From the NCBI GenBank assembly GCA_951406725.2, contig OX597816.1, forward strand, positions 34,782,001 to 34,846,000: a stretch of 64,000 bases of DNA, written 5' to 3'. Position numbers and translations under genes: made by a program. Source of the stretch: Octopus vulgaris (taxonomy: Eukaryota). A model generated the notes under the pieces. It was given only the letters and a program-made list of their open reading frames with translations, made no database searches and was not told where the DNA came from. Positions 42,101 through 56,583 of the stretch are shown piece after piece (the first letter of the stretch is position 1; the number at the start of each line of letters is the position of its first letter).

Positions 42101-42235
42101 CTTCAGTTGAGGCTGACATTTAAAAAAAAAATATCATAAAACAAAGATTATTTTCCCTACTTACTTAAAATTGTTCATTGGCTTTCATACAGGAAATTGT
42201 TTACTTCCACTAAAAATCAAAAACTCATAACCCTA
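39136..42235 (-). mobile_element. hAT-superfamily (hATm-like) DNA transposon, decayed, with long imperfect TIRs
   Basis: Termini TAAGGTTAT / ATAACCCTA; 8-bp TSD ctgaatat (39128-39135) / ctgtatat (42236-42243); ~300-bp inverted ends; transposase motifs LHFDGK, DTTSVNT, GCQHHILD, NARW. Confidence 0.85.
40805..41202 (-). mobile_element. SINE family A nested in the hAT element
   Basis: Same sequence family as 38364-38782. Confidence 0.92.
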
Positions 42236-43624
42236 CTGTATATATTGCAGTTAACATATATTGATACTAACTTTATTCACTTCCTCTCTCTTTCTTAGTC
42301 TCTCTCGCGCGCTCTCACTCTTTCTTTTTCCTTCCATAAACACTCACACACGCACGCACACACGTGTGTACGAACAAGTATATAGGAAGGTAAATAAATA
42401 AATAAGCATACTAAGATGATAAATGTTTAAAAATTAACACATGTAACATGTTTTAATTGCAAGAAGGTCCTTTCACGATGTGGTTTCCTGTTTTAATACA
42501 TGACTTCATTTTGAACCATTTGCTAATCAAGTCATCTGTAGGAAATAGCTAATTTCTTACGAGCATGCCGTATATGCAGAGTGTGAAGCTGTAATGTTAA
42601 ACCTCTGGAGGTCCAATCATCTGGAAATGCAGACGTAATGACTGTAACAATGCTGTGTATTTTACAGTGAAGTAATTGAAGGAGCGCTGACGTTTCGAAA
42701 AATTGTTCCTTATCAATTCTTGTAGATACTGCGGAAGAGAGAAACTGTGCGTACTATCAAGGAAGCGATGCAAATAAGGCAACGTGAATTTTGTCAGGGA
42801 ATCTGCAGACGTTCATATTATATATGTGTGGGAATATCAATCATACGATGACAGATTCCGTTATGTGTGCACATATATATGAGTCTATATGAATACAATA
42901 TGTAGTAAGTAGCAACGATTGCGTTTTTAGGTATAAGGATAGGTATAAAGAGACACGGAACGGATACAGAGGGTTAATGTGGTATGGGGGAGCGGCTAAT
43001 AGAGGGTTAATGTGGTAGCGAGGTAGCCGTTTCAGTCTAATAAATGATTCTGGAAAAAGGTAGAGCAGATACTGGCACTTTTAATTAATCAACTAGTTTT
43101 CTTTTACATTGTCCAGAACCGTAAATATGAATTACAGCACTCACTGACTCAATCGTTTACGTTTGTTTGTTTATAGGAACAAGGAAATTAAATGAAATAT
43201 AAATTAGTGGAATAGTATTAATACAGAAATGACTAAGTATTAGACTGCACTACAAAATTTCAAGAATCACCAGAGAACTATAAATTATCTATATGTCAAT
43301 AAATACACTAAACGAATCAAGAATATTTCAAAAGAAATTCTCTGAGGTTTATCCAAGCTATACGCATTTTTGTAATGAATAGAAAGATTTATTGAATATC
43401 ATTTTTAACGCAACACACACAAAAAAAAACTGGCATACGAATTATTGGGAGAGAATGTAAATCGTCTAGCGCTCTTCTCCAAAAATTGATGGCCATGTAT
43501 CTAAATTGGAAACGTCTAATGTAATCCTTATTATATAATGATAACATTATTATATAACCAGCGTTCAACTGGTTATATTTTGCATCATGTCTGAAGAAAA
43601 TGAACGACAAACTCGATAACGGAA

Positions 43625-43910
43625 TAATTTGAGCTTAGAACGTAAAGCCGGAAGAAAATTCGCTAGGCATTTTTCCCACTATACTAATGATTCTGCCAGC
43701 ACTGCGCCTCCAATAAATTCTACGGATTTTTAAGACGGTGAACTGGTAGAATCATTAGCACGTCGGACAAAATTCTTGGCGGTCTTTCGTCTGTCCTTAG
43801 GCTCTGAGTCCAAATTCGTTTATCAATGAAATAAGTACCAGTTCAAGTCCCGAGGTTAAAGTAAACGACCTCCCCACCTCATCAAAAATACTGGTACTGT
43901 GCCAACATTT
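43625..43910. mobile_element. Two head-to-head degenerate SINE family B copies
   Basis: atgattctgccagc (minus head, ~43690) and acggtgaactggtagaatcattagcacg (plus head, ~43735). Confidence 0.6.
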
Positions 43911-44791
43911 GAAACACATATTTTCGTTACTGTTGTTGTTGGACTTTTAGTGGTGGTTTTTTTGTTGCTAAAATGATCAGCTTCAGCAGTACAATTACCA
44001 TCCCCACAACTACCATCATCCTTATTATTACTGTTTGTGTTGATATATTGTTGGTCTTACCATTTTTTAAAATATTTTGTGACGTTCATCTCTAGTTACA
44101 TTCCTCATTGCCAAGACGTTGATTAATATTTGTGATTTAATTTTATCAGCGTAAGTGGTGGAGTATTTTGAAATAATGTTGCCTGTCAAGGTCATGGCTT
44201 CACAATTAACGTTTCGCTAATAAAATTCTCTCTTTCACTCGCATTAGATGACAAAAGGCAACCACATCTGATCACTAGCAGATGTCTTAAACTTCGTGCA
44301 CGCTTTCATCTTCACATACAACCAGAATCATTCTCTTCGGTGTGAGTGAAGGTAACAAATGAATCTTCTAAAAAACAAACAGAAATAAATGTTATCCACA
44401 ATAATAAAATTCTATATTCCCTGGGTAAAAAAAACGGCTAATAATAAAGACATAATACGCTACTGAACATATTCGTGTTGTTGTTCATATCTGAACTAAT
44501 GTTGATCACTAGCATTCCCGTAAATACCATTGCTTTTCCCATGATACTATTTGTCAAGGACTAATTAAAAAGTGTTCGTTTTTTTCTTTCTCTGCAAGGA
44601 AAGGAAATTGAAAGAGACTTATTTATTTCATGGTTTGGGCTGCTATCTCTGTTATGTCAAAAACACCCACGTAGAAACATCCCAGTTGACTTTGGGATTC
44701 TTTCAAATGATGTATACATTTCTATAAACGCATTAACTGAACCATTATATTTTGCATTACAATATTTTTTACATTTATAATTTTTTCGATG

Positions 44792-44940
<149 letters not shown>

Positions 44941-46499
44941 TAATTTTCTTTTACGTAAGTAATAGGATATATAATTTCTAACAGTATGTAGTGGCGTGAT
45001 GTACAACTTTGATTAGCGACATGGCTGTATAAGGTATTTATGACATTTAATGTAAGGTTACAAATAAAATTCAGTGATTAAATTTGTTTTATGATACACC
45101 TCCTTCTTGGAATCTTATAGGAAAATCAAAATTTTTACCAGGAATATTGATAGTTTCTTTCAGAAAATTGAAACGATCATTAGGAGAAATAAATAGTAAA
45201 GTATTTCGTTTCCGCGCTGCAGTATCACTAAAAATTGGAGGTAATACAAGGATATATAGTATTACAATATGAATACTATTTTATGTGTACATTTTTAGAT
45301 ATATTTGGCAAAAAATGGGACAAACGTAAAGGAAACCAATAATAAATAGCTGACAACGCTAAAGCAGTTAGATAATATATTTTATAATCAGACATCAAGG
45401 TAAAAATATAGAAATATAAGCAGGGCAATATAAACGAACACAAGTCGTAATTGGAATGTACAACAATGAGAAAAAAAAAACAAAAAAACAGAAAACACCT
45501 ACAAAATCAACAAACGATATCTATCAAATAGTGATAGATTTATATGTAAAGAACTAGAAATAGTGAACAGAGAAGACAGTCTCTTACAAAATGTGCTTTG
45601 TAAAGAAAGAACTCAAGTAAATAGAATTAGGTTGAATGTATTCACTAATGAAGGCAAAACAATGCTCAGTACAATATATTTGTCAAAATGTTGGATGAAG
45701 ATTCCAAATTATTTGACTAAATGCCACGCATTCATTTTCAAGTAAGATTATTTAATCGTTTTGATGCGACTCTATGCTATACTGTCTTCTAGCCCATCGT
45801 TTTCTCTCATCTTTTGCTCTAATTCCCTATTTCTCCCCTTCACCGCCTTCTATCCGTCTCTCTCTCCTCTTTCTCCTTTTCTCTCATTGTTGCTCATTGT
45901 TCTTCATCTGATCGTCTTTCTTTTCTTTCAGGATTGTTCTAAGACTTGGACGTATTCTATCTTAAATGGAAAGTACTTGCTTCGGAACCTTCCTATCAAC
46001 TTAATATTAAATATGTTTTTATACTTCAATGAAAATTCTTTTTTCTTTCGGCTGAAGATCCCGTTCTTAACCTCAGGGATGAACACAACGTCTCTTGTAT
46101 TCATATAACTAAGTTTGTATTTTCTAAATATTATATAGCTACTTTTATTTTTATTATTACTAAAATACTTGTTTAAATTATATAATTACTTGCTCACTAT
46201 TTCCCTGATTTCTTTATGGTAAACCCTTCTCAATTTTTACAATCTCTATGTCTTTATTACCATCTATATATATTGATATATAGTTTTATATACATCTATA
46301 TAGACTCATACATATCTGCTTTTATATTACAACTTGTTTGGAGAGAAAAATAAGTTTTCCTTCCTATATGCAGGTCCATATTGTAATTTTAATATTGGGA
46401 TATAGTATTTCTTAGTAAGTCAAGTTTTCTCATTCCGTATGCTTATATGCGTCTTAAATTCTTTTATTACTGTTTAATAGTTTTTTAACTCCCTGTTGC

Positions 46500-48110
46500 G
46501 CTTCGTCAATAGCTCTTCGTCAGAGCTTTCATCTTCGACACTCCCATTTGTCCGCTGTGGAATTGCTGTAATACACGTTTTTGTAATGTAGTCGGTTCTA
46601 CAAATCTTTGCGCATACACCAGAATATCTTTATCCTGCTTAATTTTTAAACCTTCTATCAGTTTTGTAATATACTCATTGCCTACAGATTTCATTCTTAT
46701 ATTCGGTGCGTTCGCTAGCAGTTCTTGGATGACATTAGTCATAATAATATTTTTTTTCATTTTCTGCCTGCAGTGCGGTTGTCACGGTCTTTTCCAGTGG
46801 GTCCGTATTTTTGGAAATTAGTCATGATAGACAGTCCACATGACCAATTTGTTTCGAGGGAATATACTGCATTTTGAAATTGTAATTTAGTAATATCATA
46901 ATCCAACATTGGAGTCGGTTCGCTATATGGGTAGGTAACCCTTTCTTTGACCCATAAATTGATAGCAATGATCGATGATCTGTTTGTAATAAAAAACGTC
47001 TACCATGTAGAAACCTTTGACATTTTTTAATAGCAGAGATAATCGATAGGGTTTCTTTTTTCTATCGGACTGTATTTTTCTCTGCCGTTATCAGCAAGCA
47101 TGAAACGTGAATCACTGGTTTCATACTTCCATATTTATACTTGTGTAGCAAAACTGCTCCTATTCCGTACTCCGATGCATCAAAGGCTACAACACTGTCA
47201 ATTTCAGGATCGAAATGCACTAGAGATAAAACTTCGATTACATTCCTTTTATATCTTCAAACGCGTTTTGGCATTTAACCGACTAACTCCATTCTGCTTT
47301 TTTTAATAAGTCATTCAATGGAGCTCTTAATTTGTGCATGATAGCAATGTAGTTTTGCTAGTGGTTTGCCAACCCAAGAAACGCCTATAATGTTGGTGTA
47401 TTTGTCAGGCCGTCTACTATTTTTATCATTTATTTTCCCTAAGTACTTAATTTGAGGTAAAAAGAATTCACATTTTTCTTCATTCAAAGTGAACCCATAC
47501 TCTTTAATTTTCTTGAATACAGCTTTTATATGCTCCACATGCTGTTCACGAGAATTACTCTCAATCAATATATCGTCTAAATAAGGGATTGCAAATTCAC
47601 TATCACATAACATAGCGTCCCATGTTTTGCCGAAATATTGCCGGTACAACCTTTAATCCAAAAGGTAACCAGGTATATCTCTACAATCTTCTATGTGTAT
47701 ATATAGTCAGATACTTTGAGCATTTGACATTTACTTTTATCTATACATAGGCTTCGGACAGATCAAATTTGGAGAAAATTTTTCCATCACTAAATTGTGC
47801 GAAAATGTACTCCGGAGTCAGGAGTGGATGGTGGCATGACTTTAAGCAGTCGTTCAATCCTGTAGAATAATCGGCACACGGCCTAATCTTATTATTTTTC
47901 TTTTTAATGCACACCGTGGGCACTGCCAGATTAGAGTAATCCACCTTTTCGATGATTCCACTCTTTTCCAGTCTGTCCAATATTTCATTTACAATTTCAA
48001 TTGCCGCGAGCGTTACGTTTCTGTTAGACTTAAAAACAGGCACATTGTTCTCACTTATTTGAAAGCAGGCTTCAGTCTTTTACATAGATCTAAGTCCTCC
48101 GATAGTACTT
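46500..48110 (-). mobile_element. Ty3/Gypsy pol remnant (RT, RNase H, start of integrase)
   Basis: IRPCADYSTGLND, FSKFDLSEAY, YLDDILI, EKCEFF..IKYLG, ASEYGIGA, LQTDHRSL, VLQQFHSGQMGVSKMKAL. Confidence 0.9.
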
Positions 48111-49218
48111 GAGGAAGCATATATTTTCATTCACGTAGGCACCACTGAAGAGATCTGTTAACATTTGATTGTATGGGATATACGGGACATATACTGTTAT
48201 CATAATATTGATAGGTCTGTAAACTAACACAAGAGCAATTGGATATAATAATATATAATGATGTAATTAGGTCGTTGAAAGGAGTAACTCGCCTTTACAT
48301 TACTGGCTATCGGCAGTTTTGGAAGTTTTTAGCTACTAGTTGTGTCACTGATAATATTCAGCCCAGGGCTAATAGAGTTGGCATATTAGGTTGTGCATTA
48401 TATGACTGGCCATCATATTTGTTTTGGAATACGCACCGTTTACGTTATATAATGTGTATTTTTAATACTTAAGTCGACAACTATTTCTATCAGTTCAAGT
48501 GACAGTATAGGAAATGTTTCTACTGCTTAAGGCACAATCCTTGTATTCCTATATGGATGTGTTTAAAATCAATGAAATAAATACTAAATCCTTATAGTGT
48601 ATGTTCTGTGGGTTTCTCTCTTATGTTGAGCATTAAATTTGCCTATGGCATAGCAGATTTATTTTAATGAATTGTATATTACAGGACAAAGTATAAAGTA
48701 CAACAACAATACAAAGGAAGCAAAGTGTATCAATAGAATTACATAGTTTTCACAGAACTAGGATTGGCAAAGTAAAAACGAAAAATAATAGTAATATAAG
48801 TAATATCTTAAATAGTGAAATTTGAATATACTGGGGCATGTCGGATAATTGTAGAGTATGAAAGGCAAAAGATTAGTGTATCACACATTCTAGCTGTTCG
48901 TTTATAGATAGTATAATAGTGCACATTCTAGAAATATTTTGTAGATCGTAGACATATAACTCCAATGACTGTTATTCAGAGAGAGTGACAATTCCAAAAT
49001 TTCTCGGTTTTCAGAAGACGAATATTAATAGTTGTTTAACTCCCCTAATTTATATTTGATGTAACGTATTAATATATGCAAAACTGCATTAAGTAATTTC
49101 ATATTTAATTGTTTGGGATGATAATGCTTCAGCCCATTAAAAAAACTTTATGTTTCACTGACAATCTTGTTATTTACTTAAGCATTCTTGAACGTTGTCC
49201 ACATTTCCGCAATACTTG

Positions 49219-50451
49219 TACGAGGTTCGGCTGGAAATTACACAGGAGGACCAAGATGCTCTCATTGAATGCGACCAAAGAAGGTTAATTTTTCAACATA
49301 GGTCTCCTTGCAGTCTGCGTGCTTCTTCCATCGGTATTGTAGTGTTTGGATTGGCGAAGAAGCTTTCATCCTGATGGTTAAACAAGGCATCGATAACAGC
49401 AATGACGTCGTCATCACTGCGACATCGCTTCCCATCCAACTGTTGCTTCACATTGGAGAAAAGATAATATTCAGATGGGGCCAACTAAGGAGGATAAGGA
49501 TGGTGATCAACCAGTTGATATCCATAGTCACGGAACGCAGCCATTGAAACCAAGATCGCGTTTGCTGGGGCAATGTCCTGATAAAACAAGTTCCCTTTCG
49601 TTATTTTATCTGGGAATTTGATCTTGATAGGGTTTCGTAACTGCTTCAACAAGATGTCATAGCACTCTCCAGTGATGGTGTCGCCTTTTTGAAGGTAGTC
49701 AATAAACACAATGCATTTTGAATCCCTCAATATTGAGCGGATTAACTTCCCGGTAGATGAAAAACCTTGGCCTTCTTTGGAACAGGTAAGGGGAGATATT
49801 TCCACTGCATAAATTGTATCTTTATCTCTGGCTCAAAGGATTGAACCCTACACTCACCATGGCTTAGGAAACGTTCAAGTAAAGCAGTTGCATTTGTCTC
49901 AAATAATGTCAGATTTTCTCGTGATGTTATCAGTCTTGTGTGCTGTTTAACAGGTGTCAGAAGACGAATCCCCCACCTTCGCCATACCAAGTTCATTGTA
50001 CAGAGCATTCTCAACTCTCTCACGGGATATGCCAATAGCATTGAGTATTTGATTTATAGCCAATCACCTGTCATCCATTACCACGGTCAATTTTTTCCTC
50101 GGTGATGGCAGTTTCAAGACGGCCAGACTTTGGGGTCACTTTCAAGAATCGCTCTTCCCCTCCTAAATGCAGCAGTCTGATTTTTCACCGCTAAAGCTAG
50201 TGCGTCATTTTCTAATATGACAACCATTTTACTGCTGGTACATGATAACACCACAATGCCAAATTTTGTCAATTTTCAAGAGACTCTCTACTACTTACAT
50301 TTGAAATCTTCTTTGGACGTAAGATATTTAGTTTACTTGGAAAGAAATAATGCAGTTACTAATAAAAGTCGAAATTAATGCATGCAAGATTACACAGCTC
50401 TTGTAGCACTCCTTCATATTCAGCTTATGAACCTTTCAGCCAACGCCGGTA
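49219..50451 (-). mobile_element. Degenerate mariner transposon with both TIRs and TA flanks
   Basis: FIDYLQKGDTITGECY, HHPYPP*LAPSEYYLF; ends tacgaggttcggctggaaa / ctttcagccaacgccggta. Confidence 0.9.
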
Positions 50452-50746
50452 AAATGAGGGAAATAAATGTAAAACAAATCAGGAATAAAATAGATGTTGC
50501 GAGAACTAGCATTATAATTACAGTTGAAAAATAAACGAAACAACAAATCTATGAAAATGAAAATACAAGTGGTAGCTTCAAGATAACTAATGACTAAAAT
50601 ATGCAATTAATTGCCTATTGACAGGAAGCATTGTATGCGTTGTGGATATAACCACCAGGAAATTTTAATCCAGTTAGCTTGCTGGGTGTGGCTGAAGATA
50701 CACAGTCTTGCTTAAAATGATAATATAATTTAATTGTTTACACATA

Positions 50747-51163
50747 TACCTATTTCTTTACTAACCTCAAGGGGCTAAACACAGAGAGGACGAACAAGGA
50801 CAGTCAAAGGGATTAAGTCGATTACATCGACCTCAATGCACAACTGGTACTTATTTTATCGACCGCGAAAGGATGAAAGGCAAAGTAGACCTCGGCGGAA
50901 ATTGAACTCAGAACGTAACGGCAGACGAAATACCTATTTCTTTACTACCTACAAGGAGCTAAACATAGAGGGGACAAACAATGACAGACAAACGGATTAA
51001 GTCGGTTATATCGACCACAGTGCGTAACTGGTACTTATTTAATCGACCCCGAAAGGATGAAAGGCAAACTCGACCTCGGCGGAATTTGAACTCTGAACGT
51101 AACGGCAGACGAAATACGGCTACGCATTTCGCCTGGCGTGCTAACGTTTCTGCCAGCTCACCT
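50747..51163 (-). mobile_element. Tandem dimer of SINE family B
   Basis: Unit tacctatttctttact...gaacgtaacggcagacgaaa repeated at 50747 and 50931; only one head. Confidence 0.88.
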
Positions 51164-52339
51164 AATATACCAGAGTTGGTTTTTGCATAATATAATCTTT
51201 TGCACGGTATAAATTTCGCAGTGATTTTACGCTGTTATTTTTAAAATATATATAAGAATATGTTTAAAAAATGACTATTACCTTGATTGAATAATATTAT
51301 AGGAAAATACATTACTGCACTTTACTATCAAAAGTGGGAATAGCATCACGTTCGGGACTATATTTATTTAAGCAAACACCCTAATATCATATTCTGGCAA
51401 ATTATAATGGCCACTTGCTGAAAAAGTTTTGTACATATTCCACCATACATTTATTAGTTGCATTGAATGTTATTACTTATAAACGTTAGAGATAAACAGA
51501 GAGACTGTAGAGTATATAACAATACATGATAGAGTGATACCATACCAAATATGTTAGTTGTAAGGATTTTGCAGGAACAAGGATAACGAAGAAAAAATCT
51601 CCCTGCAATATCATTATAACAATAAAAAGAATAACACTCAGATGGGAGAAAAACTTAATGCTTAGCACAATGCTTCACGCATGTTTAATGATGTCTAATG
51701 ACACAGCAATTTATGTTACAGCTCGTTAGTGAAAAATTTTTCACAAATTAAACTATTAGTCATTCATCATTATTTTCAGTTTAAGATAAGATGCTTGACT
51801 TTTTGTTTTCGTTTACTGCTTTACTTTTTTTTTTAACTGAACACAATCAAAATGACATCATTCGCTAATAGGAATTGAACTTCTATTAAACGAGAAACAT
51901 ATATACGGTGGTTTACTAATAGCAAATTACAAATCAAAAAATCAAAATCTAAAAGCAATTTAAATCATAAACACTACAACAACTTGCGTTTGCTTAATTC
52001 TCAAATCTGCGTTGATAAATGTAATCACATTTAGAAGCATTTCTGTTATCAGTTGTGACATTCAGCAAAGCACTTGGATAGCATTCTAGATTTATTCTGA
52101 CACTTTTATAATGTTAAAGTATAGAAGTCCGAAAACATTGATAGGTTATAGGATTCGGGAACGGTATTGTTGAAATTGAAATTAAAAGGGACACAGATTT
52201 ATTAAAAGAATCTTTACTAAAGGAAACAAAGCTCCATCATAATTGCCTTTGATATGAAATACACTCAAACTCATACATTCACAATAACACATATGCAAAC
52301 AACCATACATGAGATGCATATATGCACACATATATAGAT

Positions 52340-53184
52340 AGGAGGTGTTATCAAAAGTTTCCTGGGCGAGTCATGTTTAATAAAAAAAATAGCATATTAT
52401 CATGAGTTTTATCTTCGAAATAGTCATCCTGACCAGTCTTCCTCACACTTTAGGAATCCAGCTCGGAAGTTGGTTTCCGTAAAAGAGACAAGGAGCTTTG
52501 CGATTCACTCTGGACCTTGACAATGGTGTTAAAGCGTCAACCTTTCAGCTCCATTTTTATCTTGAGGAAGAGATAGAATTTCGCAGATGCTAGATCTGGC
52601 GAATAGAGCGGGTGCAGAAGCGATACCATGTTGATTTTGGCGAGAAACACACGAGTGAAGAAAACTTGGTGAAGAATCCAGTTCTTCACACTCCACAGAT
52701 CCGGTCGCTTTCGCCGAATGTCCTCCCTCAAATGCTACAAAACGTCGCAATAGAATTCTCTATTGAAAATCTCGCCCAGGGAACGAATTCTCAATGCACA
52801 ATGCCACATTTTTGTTGGTGACGCTCGTGGCAGGTCTTCCAGATTCTTCATCGTCTTCCAGGGATGATATTCCGGTTTTGAAAGTGCCGTGCCACTCGAA
52901 ATATTGCTTAGTCGTTCTGCCAAAACATGCCCAATGTCTCTGTAGCAGATTTCCAAAGTTTAAGGCGAGATTACATATTGGTTCTTTGTTCCTGTCCATG
53001 AAATTTTGCAGACTACAACATACACGTGATTACAAAATCACAAATTTCACAACTTGTGAAGTAAACATAGCAATGTTACTTAGCACACTGCCTCGTGAAG
53101 GTCACCGTTAGCTCTCCCTTCGCACGCATTCATGTATTGCTATATGTTGGCCTGCTACAGGCGACTTTTGGATATCTGATGGTA
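52340..53184 (-). mobile_element. Internally deleted mariner element
   Basis: FEWHGTFKTGISSLEDDEESGRP, IRRKRPDLW..WILH, HPLYSPDLASAKFYLFLKIK. Confidence 0.88.
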
Positions 53185-53805
53185 TTTATCTGTGGAAGAC
53201 ATTCTTTAAGTTCGAGTTCATGGTGCATGAATATCTTTGCCAAGCCTATACGAAAAAAGTCCAGAAGCTGCATCTATCATTCCCTATCTCTGCGAATATC
53301 ATATTTCTTGGTATTTATACAATTATTTCCCTCTTAAAATTCATTCACTTTTCATATTGCAAAACTCGAAACGGATAAAACATGTTTAGTAATTTATCCT
53401 GTTGTCAGCGATTTCCTTCCGTAATTAGCTAGAGGACACACAAGTGAATGCTTGCGCTCCTTCAGGATACCAGCGGTGGACATATCGGTGCCTTCTGTTG
53501 CATTGAGTATTATCTATTACTGTTATGATGCCCTAGGTGCAGAAAATTATATTATTGTTAAGTGGCATTGTTGAAGCTGCTTTATTGACAGAATTGAAAA
53601 TAGATGTGTTATAGTACTTCCCGCTGGCAGCAGTGTAATATTTCATATAAGTAGCAGAGACGAAGAAGCAAAGAAGATTCTATGGCTAACAATATTTGTG
53701 CATGATGTTTATTTTACACTCAATTGCGTGTAAATACTTTAAAACGTTTTAAAAATTTACTATTTATGATAGACTACTTGTTAGCAATAATCACAATGGG
53801 AACCA

Positions 53806-53807
53806 TG

Positions 53808-53880
<73 letters not shown>

Positions 53881-53891
53881 TGATAATAATG

Positions 53892-53961
<70 letters not shown>
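53806..53961. repeat. (TAA)n microsatellite
   Basis: Direct reading. Confidence 0.95.
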
Positions 53962-53963
<2 letters not shown>

Positions 53964-54470
53964 TATGCCAACAATATTGAATAACAATAAAAAAAGGATG
54001 GTATAGGCACATGCCAGTGAAGGTCACGGAAAATGAGAAAGCAACCATACTATGGGATATGCCAATATACAGAGACAGAGAAATTAGGACCAATAAGCTG
54101 GAGATAATCAGTAAAAAATTACTTTCTAATTGATGTATCAATACCAACAGATGACTAAGTTACTCTAAAAGAGGTAATAAAGGTAACTCGAATTTGGAGT
54201 CTAAAGACAGAAACAATTCCTATCATAATATGCGCATTAGGCAAGATTTTAAAAAAATTGAAAGATACATACGAAAAACACCAGGACTAACAAGTATATA
54301 TAACATACTGGAAATAGTACTACTAGGCACCTCACACATCCCTCGTAAAACACCCTCAATGTAGTAACAATAAGAGCATCACAACAAACCACAGCACATA
54401 CCCAAGGCACACATAGTTGTGCTCAATAGTGCAGTGGAAGCACGTGATAAAAATAAAACTACAGAATAAA
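53962..54470 (+). mobile_element. R4/Dong-type non-LTR retrotransposon 3' fragment between (TAA)n tracts; second short 3' end at ~54636-54700
   Basis: WYRHMPVKVTENEKATILWDMPIYRDREI, IDVSIPTD, IPIIICALG, IVLLGTSHI.RK; second piece VQKIVLTGTAHVLRRALSL*. Confidence 0.85.
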
Positions 54471-54541
<71 letters not shown>

Positions 54542-54633
54542 GAAGAAGAAGAAGAAGAAGAAGAAGAACAACAACAACAACAACAAAAACAAAAACAATA
54601 ATGATAACAATAATGATGATGATAATAATAATA
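54471..54633. repeat. (AAT)/(AAG)/(AAC) microsatellite
   Basis: Direct reading. Confidence 0.95.
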
Positions 54634-56583
54634 AGTGCAAAAAATCGTATTAACTGGAACGGCTCATGTACTGAGAAGAGCATTATCGCTGTAAAAACAA
54701 TATCCTTTCATGAATTTATTTATTTCTTAATTTTTTAATACATATTTTATCTGTGAATTTGCGTGTGTAATCTGGGAATGCGTACAATGAGCTTCTCTGG
54801 TGTATTTCTGATGTTCTAACTGCAATTCACCGTTCGAAAATAAATCATCGTATTTGTATCGTATATTTGAGAGGCATTGTGTTATAGTTACAATGCTTTT
54901 CTGGATGTTTGTTGCCAGGAATATTATGATTAAAAATGAGTTCTCTTGGTTAGAGAGCAACTGATGCCTGGAGTCTCAGTAGTTGTGTTGCACTGCCGGA
55001 TATAGTGATATTATTCTTTATTTCCATTAGATGTTTTCTTGCCTCTTGAGATGAGGGAACGATATGGCCCGCCTAACATCATTGATGAAAGCAAAGGTGT
55101 TACTGTAGTGATTAAACTGAGAGTAGCTTCAGCATAACTGAAATTCTTTGGTAGAAGATACGATGCGGTGTCAATTTTATGAATACTTACCAAGTGAGTT
55201 GACTCTTAATTGTACACATAGCACATAGGAAACCGGAGAATGAGTAGTAACGTTCTAGACAGAGTCTCTGACGTAGAGATAGCATGAGATTTTTTTATCC
55301 TATTTCAATTGTGCAAGTTGCGTAAAACAATTATTAATTGTGGGATGTCATGTGTTGATTTTGTGGGTGTTGTCGTCGGAGTTGTTTGATTGTGATTTGA
55401 GAGTAACATTGTAGTTTGTACACATTGATTTGAGTGGGTCTGCGATTCTATTAAACATAATGTTGAATTGATGACGATGGCAACGAAGAACAAAAGGGTA
55501 TTTTATTAACTGTATTTTATTTCCCCTGTTGAGGAAATGGATAAGCTATTACACTCAAAGAAACTAAGATCACTGTCAAATACGGCATTGTATTTTTATT
55601 GTTGTTAATTACGTCACTTCGTTTCCAATTTGTTGTGTGATTATTGAAAGAAATGACCGTAATTTTACTGAAATTCAATAATTCTATATCTTCACCTTTG
55701 AATTACGGCAGTTAAATATTAACTTGAATGTTTCATCTACGGTCACTGACATTTACTTAATCATCATAGCTATCATTACCATTTAGAGAATTCGAGAATA
55801 TGCCTATAATTTCAGTGTCAGTTCTTCTATATACGACAAGAATTTCTGCGTTGGCATTCATCGACTGAAGCGCATTGTGTTCACTAATTACAATTGATAG
55901 GTCCTTGACACCAGCTTATCTAACAAGCTTAACATATGTTAGCGACTCGTTGATAACTCTCTTCTATCGTTCATGGAGTTCAGTGAAATCATTATTGAAC
56001 ACATTTTTCTCGAGTGAATTCCCGAATATCATGTATTGTCACAGTTTATATCAACCACCCTTTAATGTCGATTTTTTTACATTAACTGAGGCATTAGCAA
56101 AGTATCAGACCCAAGCATTCTTGTGTTATCTTTCAGCTGATATCAGCTTGTATCAGCTTCGTTGCATCTCTCATACATTTCACATTGTGATTTATGTTTG
56201 AATACGGTATGCGCAGCTTGATTGCAAAAATATTGTAAAAGAATTGGTAAAAAAAAGGATGAACTCTTTTAGGGTAAAAGGAAATATCCACCACCAGCAC
56301 GTGCCAAAATTTCACTTACATTATAGAAATGCAGAATTAAATCGCTTTTGGCACTAAACAGTTATCTCATTTGTATCGTAATTTTCAAAGCTGCTGATTT
56401 TCAGAAACGTTATACAGCCTCACTGCTCCGGCTTTTTGCGTTCTGGAGTAAAATTTTCGAAAACTTTTTGGGTAAAATTTTACGGTGAAAACTTTCGGAA
56501 AATTTGTGGGTAAAATTTTCGGGGAAATTTTCGAAAAATTTTTGTTGAAAATTTTCACTGAAAAAATGCGACGGTCGGAAAAA

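Noticed and set aside
46048-46095. HHR-like CTGAAGA-tccc..ggga-tGAAC..GTC
   Set aside because: GAAA is broken and no stem I pairing is visible; at best a decayed PLE remnant
54727-55493. Three short minus-strand ORFs in unique sequence
   Set aside because: Not joinable into one frame and no recognisable motifs
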